Positions 40,301 to 52,300 of a DNA stretch of 64,000 nt are shown one piece after another (positions within the stretch are counted from its first letter, which is position 1; every line of letters begins with the position of its first letter). This stretch comes from Nemertoderma westbladi (lineage: Eukaryota > Animalia > Xenacoelomorpha). A program made the position numbers and the translations under genes. The stretch lies in NCBI GenBank assembly GCA_032718475.1, contig JAUCBJ010004787.1, forward strand, positions 53,736 through 117,735. The letters are read 5' to 3'. The notes under the pieces are model-generated. The model had not been told where the DNA came from, searched no databases, and saw only the letters and a program-made list of their open reading frames with translations.

Positions 40301-43300
40301 AACAACCCACAGCAGCTACAACCCACGTCCCGCAGTACCAACAGTGCTACAGTACAACCCATAGGACCAACAACCCACAGTAGCTACAACCCACGTCCCG
40401 CAGTACCAACAGTGCTACAGTACAACCCATAGGACCAACAACCCACAGCAGCTACAACCCACGTCCCGCAGTACCAACAGTGCTACAGTACAACCCATAG
40501 GACCAACAACCCACAGCAGCTACAACCCACGTCCCGCAGTACCAACAGTGCTACAGTACAACCCATAGGACCAACAACCCACGTCCCGCAGTACCAACAG
40601 TGCTACAGTACAACCCATAGGACCAACAACCCACATCCCGCAGTACCAACAGTGCTACAGTACAACCCATAGGACCAACAACCCACGTCCCGCAGTACCA
40701 ACAGTGCTACAGTACAACCCATAGGACCAACAACCCACGTCCCGCAGTACCAACAGTGCTACAGTACAACCCATAGGACCAACAACCCACAGCAGCTACA
40801 ACCCACGTCCCGCAGTACCATCAGTGCTACAGTACAACCCATATGACCAACATCCCATGTCCCGCAGTACCAACAGTGCTACAGTACAACCCATAGGACC
40901 AACAACCCACAGCAGCTACAACCCACGTCCCGCAGTACCAACTGTGCTACAGTACAACCCATAGGACCAACAACCCACGTCCCGCAGTACCAACAGTGCT
41001 ACAGTACAACCCATAGGACCAACAACCCACAGTAGCTACAACCCACGTCCCGCAGTACCAACAGTGCTACAGTACAACCCATAGGACCAACAACCCACAG
41101 TAGCTACAACCCACGTCCAGCAGTGCCAACAGTGCTACAGTACAACCCATAGGACCAACAACCCACAGCAGCTACAACCCACGTCCCGCAGTACCAACAG
41201 TGCTACAGTACAACCCATAGGACCAACAACCCACAGCAGCTACAACCCACGTCCCGCAGTACCATCAGTGCTACAGTACAACCCATAGGACCAACAACCC
41301 ACAGTAGCTACAACCCACGTCCCGCAGTACCAACAGTGCTACAGTACAACCCATAGGACCAACAACCCACAGTAGCTACAACCCACGTCCCGCAGTACCA
41401 ACAGTGCTACAGTACAACCCATATGACCAACATCCCACGTCCCGCAGTACCAACAGTGCTACAGTACAACCCATAGGACCAACAACCCACAGCAGCTACA
41501 ACCCACGTCCCGCAGTACCAACAGTGCTACAGTACAACCCATAGGACCAACAACCCACAGCAGCTACAACCCACGTCCCGCAGTACCAACAGTGCTACAG
41601 TACAACCCATAGGACCAACAACCCACAGTAGCTACAACCCACGTCCCGCAGTACCAACAGTGCTACAGTACAACCCATAGGACCAACAACCCACAGCAGC
41701 TACAACCCACGTCCAGCAGTACCAACAGTGCTACAGTACAACCCATAGGACCAACAACCCACAGCAGCTACAACCCACGTCCAGCAGTACCAACAGTGCT
41801 ACAGTACAACCCATAGGACCAACAACCCACAGCAGCTACAACCCACGTCCCGCAGTACCAACAGTGCTACAGTACAACCCATAGGACCAACAACCCACAG
41901 TAGCTACAACCCACGTCCCGCAGTACCAACAGTGCTACAGTACAACCCATAGGACCAACAACCCACAGTAGCTACAACCCACGTCCCGCAGTACCAACAG
42001 TGCTACAGTACAACCCATAGGACCAACAACCCACAGCAGCTACAACCCACGTCCAGCAGTACCAACAGTGCTACAGTACAACCCATAGGACCAACAACCC
42101 ACAGCAGCTACAACCCACGTCCAGCAGTACCAACAGTGCTACAGTACAACCCATAGGACCAACAACCCACAGCAGCTACAACCCACGTCCCGCAGTACCA
42201 ACAGTGCTACAGTACAACCCATAGGACCAACAACCCACAGCAGCTACAACCCACGTCCCGCAGTACCAACAGTGCTACAGTACAACCCATAGGACCAACA
42301 ACCCACAGCAGCTACAACCCACGTCCCGCAGTACCAACAGTGCTACAGTACAACCCATAGGACCAACAACCCACAGCAGCTACAACCCACGTCCCGCAGT
42401 ACCAACAGTGCTACAGTACAACCCATAGGACCAACAACCCACAGCAGCTACAACCCACGTCCCGCAGTACCAACAGTGCTACAGTACAACCCATAGGGCC
42501 AACAACCCACAGCAGCTACAACCCACGTCCCGCAGTACCAACAGTGCTACAGTACAACCCATAGGACCAACAATCCACAGCAGCTACAACCCACGTCCCG
42601 CAGTACCAACAGTGCTACAGTACAACCCATAGGACCAACAACCCACAGCAGCTACAACCCACGTCCAGCAGTACCATCAGTGCTACAGTACAACCCATAG
42701 GACCAACAACCCACAGTGCTACAGTACAACCCATAGGACCAACAACCCACAGTGCTACAGTACAACCCATGGAACCAACAACCCACGTCCCGCAGTACCA
42801 ACAGTGCTACAGTACAACCCATAGGACCAACAACCCACAGCAGCTACAACCCCACGTCCCGCAGTACCAACAGTGCTACAGTACAACCCATAGGACCAAC
42901 AACCCACAGCAGCTACAACCCACGTCCCGCAGTACCAACAGTGCTACAGTACAACCCATAGGACCAACAACCCACAGCAGCTACAACCCACGTCCCGCAG
43001 TACCAACAGTGCTACAGTACAACCCATAGGACCAACAACCCACAGCAGCTACAACCCACGTCCCGCAGTACCAACAGTGCTACAGTACAACCCATAGGAC
43101 CAACAACCCACAGCAGCTACAACCCACGTCCCGCAGTACCAACAGTGCTACAGTACAACCCATAGGACCAACAACCCACAGCAGCTACAACCCACGTCCC
43201 GCAGTACCAACAGTGCTACAGTACAACCCATAGGACCAACAACCCACAGCAGCTACAACCCACGTCCAGCAGTACCATCAGTGCTACAGTACAACCCATA

Positions 43301-46300
43301 GGACCAACAACCCACAGTGCTACAGTACAACCCATAGGACCAACAACCCACAGTGCTACAGTACAACCCATAGAACCAACAACCCACGTCCCGCAGTACC
43401 AACAGTGCTACAGTACAACCCATAGGACCAACAACCCACAGCAGCTACAACCCACGTCCCGCAGTACCAACAGTGCTACAGTACAACCCATAGGACCAAC
43501 AACCCACAGCAGCTACAACCCACGTCCCGCAGTACCAACAGTGCTACAGTACAACCCATAGGAACAACAACCCACAGCAGCTACAACCCACGTCCCGCAG
43601 TACCAACAGTGCTACAGTACAACCCATAGGACCAACAACCCACAGCAGCTACAACCCACGTCCCGCAGTACCAACAGTGCTACAGTACAACCCATAGGAC
43701 CAACAACCCACAGCAGCTACAACCCACGTCCCGCAGTACCAACAGTGCTACAGTACAACCCATAGGACCAACAACCCACGTCCCGCAGTACCAACAGTGC
43801 TACAGTACAACCCATAGGACCAACAACCCACAGCAGCTACAACCCACGTCCCGCAGTACCAACAGTGCTACAGTACAACCCATAGGACCAACAACCCACA
43901 GTAGCTACAACCCACGTCCCGCAGTACCAACAGTGCTACAGTACAACCCATAGGACCAACAACCCACAGTAGCTACAACCCACGTCCCGCAGTACCAACA
44001 GTGCTACAGTACAACCCATAGGACCAACAACCCACAGTGCTACAGTACAACCCATAGGACCAACAACCCACAGTGCTACAGTACAACCCATAGAACCAAC
44101 AACCCACGTCCCGCAGTACCAACAGTGCTACAGTACAACCCATAGGACCAACAACCCACAGCAGCTACAACCCACGTCCCGCAGTACCAACAGTGCTACA
44201 GTACAACCCATAGGACCAACAACCCACAGCAGCTACAACCCACGTCCCGCAGTACCAACAGTGCTACAGTACAACCCATAGGACCAACAACCCACAGTGC
44301 TACAGTACAACCCATAGGACCAACAACCCACAGCAGCTACAACCCACGTCCAGCAGTACCATCAGTGCTACAGTACAACCCATAGGACCAACAACCCACA
44401 GCAGCTACAACCCACGTCCAGCAGTACCATCAGTGCTACAGTACAACCCATAGGACCAACAACCCACAGCAGCTACAACCCACGTCCAGCAGTACCATCA
44501 GTGCTACAGTACAACCCATAGGACCAACAACCCACAGTGCTACAGTACAACCCATAGGACCAACAACCTACAGTGCTACAGTACAACCCATAGGACCAAC
44601 AACCCACAGCAGCTACAACCCACGTCCAGCAGTACCATCAGTGCTACAGTACAACCCATAGGACCAACAACCCACAGCAGCTACAACCCACGTCCAGCAG
44701 TACCATCAGTGCTACAGTACAACCCATAGGACCAACAACCCACAGTGCTACAGTACAACCCATAGGACCAACAACCCACAGTGCTACAGTACAACCCATA
44801 GGACCAACAACCCACAGCAGCTACAACCCACGTCCAGCAGTACCATCAGTGCTACAGTACAACCCATAGGACCAACAACCCACAGTGCTACAGTACAACC
44901 CATAGGACCAACAACCCACAGTGCTACAGTACAACCCATAGAACCAACAACCCACGTCCCGCAGTACCAACAGTGCTACAGTACAACCCATAGGACCAAC
45001 AACCCACAGCAGCTACAACCCACGTCCCGCAGTACCAACAGTGCTACAGTACAACCCATAGGACCAACAACCCACAGCAGCTACAACCCACGTCCCGCAG
45101 TACCAACAGTGCTACAGTACAACCCATAGGAACAACAACCCACAGCAGCTACAACCCACGTCCCGCAGTACCAACAGTGCTACAGTACAACCCATAGGAC
45201 CAACAACCCACAGCAGCTACAACCCACGTCCCGCAGTACCAACAGTGCTACAGTACAACCCATAGGACCAACAACCCACAGCAGCTACAACCCACGTCCC
45301 GCAGTACCAACAGTGCTACAGTACAACCCATAGGACCAACAACCCACGTCCCGCAGTACCAACAGTGCTACAGTACAACCCATAGGACCAACAACCCACA
45401 GCAGCTACAACCCACGTCCCGCAGTACCAACAGTGCTACAGTACAACCCATAGGACCAACAACCCACAGTAGCTACAACCCACGTCCCGCAGTACCAACA
45501 GTGCTACAGTACAACCCATAGGACCAACAACCCACAGTAGCTACAACCCACGTCCCGCAGTACCAACAGTGCTACAGTACAACCCATAGGACCAACAACC
45601 CACAGTAGCTACAACCCACGTCCCGCAGTACCAACAGTGCTACAGTACAACCCATAGGACCAACTACCCACAGTAGCTACAACCCACGTCCCGCAGTACC
45701 AACAGTGCTACAGTACAACCCATAGGACCAACAACCCACAGTAGCTACAACCCACGTCCCGCAGTACCAACAGTGCTACAGTACAACCCATAGGACCAAC
45801 AACCCACAGCAGCTACAACCCACGTCCCGCAGTACCAACAGTGCTACAGTACAACCCATAGGACCAACAACCCACGTCCCGCAGTACCAACAGTGCTACA
45901 GTACAACCCATAGGACCAACAACCCACAGCAGCTACAACCCACGTCCCGCAGTACCAACAGTGCTACAGTACAACCCATAGGACCAACAACCCACAGTAG
46001 CTACAACCCACGTCCCGCAGTACCAACAGTGCTACAGTACAACCCATAGGAACAACAACCCACAGCAGCTACAACCCACGTCCCGCAGTACCAACAGTGC
46101 TACAGTACAACCCATAGGACCAACAACCCACAGCAGCTACAACCCACGTCCCGCAGTACCAACAGTGCTACAGTACAACCCATAGGACCAACAACCCACA
46201 GTAGCTACAACCCACGTCCCGCAGTACCAACAGTGCTACAGTACAACCCATAGGACCAACAACCCACAGTAGCTACAACCCACGTCCCGCAGTACCAACA

Positions 46301-49300
46301 GTGCTACAGTACAACCCATAGGACCAACAACCCACGTCCCGCAGTACCAACAGTGCTACAGTACAACCCATAGGACCAACAACCCACAGCAGCTACAACC
46401 CACGTCCCGCAGTACCAACAGTGCTACAGTACAACCCATGGAACCAACAACCCACGTCCCGCAGTACCAACAGTGCTACAGTACAACCCATAGGACCAAC
46501 AACCCACAGCAGCTACAACCCACGTCCCGCAGTACCAACAGTGCTACAGTACAACCCATAGGACCAACAACCCACAGCAGCTACAACCCACGTCCCGCAG
46601 TACCAACAGTGCTACAGTACAACCCATAGGAACAACAACCCACAGTAGCTACAACCCACGTCCCGCAGTACCAACAGTGCTACAGTACAACCCATAGGAC
46701 CAACAACCCACAGCAGCTACAACCCACGTCCCGCAGTACCAACAGTGCTACAGTACAACCCATAGGACCAACAACCCACAGCAGCTACAACCCACGTCCC
46801 GCAGTACCAACAGTGCTACAGTACAACCCATAGGACCAACAACCCACAGCAGCTACAACCCACGTCCCGCAGTACCAACAGTGCTACAGTACAACCCATA
46901 GGAACAACAACCCACAGTAGCTACAACCCACGTCCCGCAGTACCAACAGTGCTACAGTACAACCCATAGGACCAACAACCCACAGCAGCTACAACCCACG
47001 TCCCGCAGTACCAACAGTGCTACAGTACAACCCATAGGACCAACAACCCACAGCAGCTACAACCCACGTCCCGCAGTACCAACAGTACTACAGTACAACC
47101 CATAGGACCAACAACCCACAGCAGCTACAACCCACGTCCCGCAGTACCAACAGTGCTACAGTACAACCCATAGGACCAACAACCCACAGCAGCTACAACC
47201 CACGTCCCGCAGTACCAACAGTGCTACAGTACAACCCATAGGGCCAACAACCCACAGCAGCTACAACCCACGTCCCGCAGTACCAACAGTGCTACAGTAC
47301 AACCCATAGGACCAACAATCCACAGCAGCTACAACCCACGTCCCGCAGTACCAACAGTGCTACAGTACAACCCATAGGACCAACAACCCACAGCAGCTAC
47401 AACCCACGTCCAGCAGTACCATCAGTGCTACAGTACAACCCATAGGACCAACAACCCACAGTGCTACAGTACAACCCATAGGACCAACAACCCACAGTGC
47501 TACAGTACAACCCATGGAACCAACAACCCACGTCCCGCAGTACCAACAGTGCTACAGTACAACCCATAGGACCAACAACCCACAGCAGCTACAACCCCCA
47601 CGTCCCGCAGTACCAACAGTGCTACAGTACAACCCATAGGACCAACAACCCACAGCAGCTACAACCCACGTCCCGCAGTACCAACAGTGCTACAGTACAA
47701 CCCATAGGACCAACAACCCACAGCAGCTACAACCCACGTCCCGCAGTACCAACAGTGCTACAGTACAACCCATAGGACCAACAACCCACAGCAGCTACAA
47801 CCCACGTCCCGCAGTACCAACAGTGCTACAGTACAACCCATAGGACCAACAACCCACGTCCCGCAGTACCAACAGTGCTACAGTACAACCCATAGGACCA
47901 ACAACCCACAGCAGCTACAACCCACGTCCCGCAGTACCAACAGTGCTACAGTACAACCCATAGGACCAACAACCCACAGCAGCTACAACCCACGTCCAGC
48001 AGTACCATCAGTGCTACAGTACAACCCATAGGACCAACAACCCACGTCCCGCAGTACCAACAGTGCTACAGTACAACCCATAGGACCAACAACCCACAGC
48101 AGCTACAACCCACGTCCCGCAGTACCAACAGTGCTACAGTACAACCCATAGGACCAACAACCCACAGCAGCTACAACCCACGTCCCGCAGTACCAACAGT
48201 GCTACAGTACAACCCATAGGACCAACAACCCACAGCAGCTACAACCCACGTCCAGCAGTACCATCAGTGCTACAGTACAACCCATAGGACCAACAACCCA
48301 CAGTGCTACAGTACAACCCATAGGACCAACAACCCACAGTGCTACAGTACAACCCATAGAACCAACAACCCACGTCCCGCAGTACCAACAGTGCTACAGT
48401 ACAACCCATAGGACCAACAACCCACAGCAGCTACAACCCACGTCCCGCAGTACCAACAGTGCTACAGTACAACCCATAGGACCAACAACCCACAGCAGCT
48501 ACAACCCACGTCCAGCAGTACCATCAGTGCTACAGTACAACCCATAGGACCAACAACCCACAGTGCTACAGTACAACCCATAGGACCAACAACCCACAGT
48601 GCTACAGTACAACCCATAGAACCAACAACCCACGTCCCGCAGTACCAACAGTGCTACAGTACAACCCATAGGACCAACAACCCACAGCAGCTACAACCCA
48701 CGTCCCGCAGTACCAACAGTGCTACAGTACAACCCATAGGACCAACAACCCACAGCAGCTACAACCCACGTCCCGCAGTACCAACAGTGCTACAGTACAA
48801 CCCATAGGAACAACAACCCACAGCAGCTACAACCCACGTCCCGCAGTACCAACAGTGCTACAGTACAACCCATAGGACCAACAACCCACAGCAGCTACAA
48901 CCCACGTCCCGCAGTACCAACAGTGCTACAGTACAACCCATAGGACCAACAACCCACAGCAGCTACAACCCACGTCCCGCAGTACCAACAGTGCTACAGT
49001 ACAACCCATAGGACCAACAACCCACGTCCCGCAGTACCAACAGTGCTACAGTACAACCCATAGGACCAACAACCCACAGTGCTACAGTACAACCCATGGA
49101 ACCAACAACCCACGTCCCGCAGTACCAACAGTGCTACAGTACAACCCATAGGACCAACAACCCACAGCAGCTACAACCCACGTCCCGCAGTACCAACAGT
49201 GCTACAGTACAACCCATAGGACCAACAACCCACAGCAGCTACAACCCACGTCCCGCAGTACCAACAGTGCTACAGTACAACCCATAGGACCAACAACCCA

Positions 49301-52300
49301 CAGCAGCTACAACCCACGTCCCGCAGTACCAACAGTGCTACAGTACAACCCATAGGACCAACAACCCACAGCAGCTACAACCCACGTCCCGCAGTACCAA
49401 CAGTGCTACAGTACAACCCATAGGACCAACAACCCACAGTTTATATCAAATAAAATTTCTTTAAAAAAAAAGGTTAATATCCAATAAAAATCGGTATTAT
49501 AAATCTTCTACAGACTATTAATTATTTGTCACAATTTCTCCGCGTCTGCAAATGATTATTCCCGAAGTGTGCACTAAGTTGATTTATTTATTATCATATA
49601 GAGTTATTTATCACTTTTAGCAACACTTTCCTTATTTATCACTTTTAGCATACGATTGCCTTATTTATCACTTTTAGCATACCATTGCCTTAGTTATTAC
49701 TTTTAGCATACCATTGCCTTATTTATCACTTTTAGCATACGATTGCCTTATTTATCACGTTTTGCAACAATTGCCTTATTTATCACGTTTTGCAACAATT
49801 GCCTTATTTATCACTTTTAGCATACCTTTGCCTTATTTATAACTTTTAGCATACGATTGCCTTATTTATCACTTTTAGCATACCATTGCCTTATTTATCC
49901 CTGTTTGCATAAAATTTGCGTTATTTATCACTTTTAGCATACCATTGCCTTATTTATCACTTTTTGCATAAAATTTGCGTTATTTATCACTTTTAGCATA
50001 CCATTGCCTTATTTATCACTTTTTGCATAAAATTTGCGTTATTTATCACTTTTAGCATACCATTGCCTTATTTATCACTTTTTGCATAAAATTTGCGTTA
50101 TTTATCACTTTTAGCATACCATTGCCTTATTTATCACTTTTTGCATAAAATTTGCGTTATTTATCACTTTTAGCATACCATTGCCTTATTTATCACTTTT
50201 TGCATAAAATTTGCGTTATTTATCACTTTTAGCATACCATTGCCTTATTTATCACTTTTTGCATAAAATTTGCGTTATTTATCACTTTTAGCATACAATT
50301 GCCTTATTTATCACTTTTTGCATAAAATTTGCGTTATTTATCACTTTTAGCATACCATTGCCTTATTTATCACTTTTTGCATAAAATTTGCGTTATTTAT
50401 CACTTTTAGCATACGATTGCCTGTAGTAAAACTGGCGTTCCGAACTTAATCTTCGAACTAGAGAACCCCGACAGTTCTGCATTTAAATTGAATGGAGCTG
50501 TACTCGAAGTGAAAGACGGTAAGTGGAATTAGTTGTTCCTACTGCTACAACCATCGAGCATTACTTAATACATTACAGCTTGGCTTGAGTTTACGTTAGC
50601 CATTACACTTCTGTGTGTATTAACTATAAACATTACAGCGCGATTATCATTTACTTTACACATCTATGTTAAACCGGAAAGCTGCATTAAAAAAATGAAA
50701 ACTAGGCCGGTTTATCGTCAAAACTGCGCCGCCTTATCTCCCAACTACTGTGAGATTAGCCGAAACATCAGATTCTTTATGGAAGTCATGGGCTGTCCGC
50801 CACGCTTATTCTCTACAAGAGGCCCCCAAAGCACAATATTGTACACAGGCTGACCCTTAAAGCGATGTCCTGCAAAGCGGGGGCGGCTCTGATCGTTCAA
50901 GTGCCATTTGGGGGACTGCTGAGACTCTTCCCATGCTGTATAGTGACTGATTGGAGATGTGTTCATTGAAACCGGCGTCGCATTCTAGTCTAAGTGCTAT
51001 TTGAGAGATTTGTGGTCCTCAGCACCTGGATTCCCATTAGCACTGGTTTTACTGCTGCTCGAGATTCCGTTTTATTCTATGTAATTTACACATTAAAGGT
51101 CGATCAGCATTTAAAAAGAAAAGTAAAAGTTCAGTACAGTACAGTACAGCACAGTACAGTATTACATACAGTCCCTTTCTAATTGCGAAGTTTTTCAATT
51201 TTTATGATAAAATTTAAGAAGTAGAATAAAAATCATGTATATGCATTGTTGATAAATTTATTTCGAACATCGATAATGGACCACGGAATTACGACTTTAT
51301 TATATTATTTCAGTGGCATTAATTGATTACGACGCCGGCTACCACCGGCAACTTGACCGCATAAAGGTGTTTGAGACTGGGAGCGACGATTTCACATACA
51401 TTACGAGTTACGTCACAATACAGGCGGAGCAGGAGACATCCCCTGTGTTCACCGGAGTGCCAACTGGCAGCAATATACATGTACCTGAGAATTCTCCTTA
51501 TGGAACTGTAAGTTCTACTTGTCATTCTCTCTATGTAGGCCCATATATTGTCTAAGTTGGCTAGTATACATGGCCCGTAACCGAACCCGTAACCGTTCGC
51601 GATCAGCCATTCATCATCATCAGCGATCATCCCTAATTCATCTACATTATCGAGTATGAATGTCTGACGACCACGTTTTATATTGTCTGTCAGCCGGGTG
51701 ATAAAAAAGATATCATTGATTAGATATGAGATAACAGAGGTCTACAAGACGCAGCTATCCTTATGTAGTTCTGCGCGATGGGTTTTAGTAATGAAACAAT
51801 AGATTGTACAACGCCTCATTTGTTAAGAGAGCATTGTAACACTCAACTCACGATTCGTGACATATTCAAAGCTCCTGCAGCTTTCACGGATATTTGCATG
51901 GATAATGATACTGAAAGGCCACAGCATTAATGGCTGACCGAGATGTGAGTCATTTTGGCTGAGCATACCGCTAAAGTACCGTTGAAGATTTCCGTTGTCT
52001 GAAAATTTGAACGTTAATAACTCTGTGAATCCTCTCTGAATACATGTTGTAGTTTGTCAAAAGTTTAGAAATTTCACAGATGTAAAATATTGAGTGGGGC
52101 TTTAGAGTAGCACGTGACCGCGCAGTACAAGTGAATATTCCACGAACGTGTGTGTACCTGTTGGTACCTGTACGTGTACATACGTCAAGTTTTATTAGTA
52201 TGCTGGCTGGTATTATATAGGAGGATCAATAAGCAGAGCATTATCGGCAGTCATTACGGAGATATGCATCTCGAACAGTCGTTTATCTTACAATTAGGCG

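Noticed and set aside
39619-49287. Mucin-like Q/P/T-rich ORFs in the big satellite
   Set aside because: Unit lengths shift frame and a TAG recurs in most units; exons 14 and 15 join in frame without them
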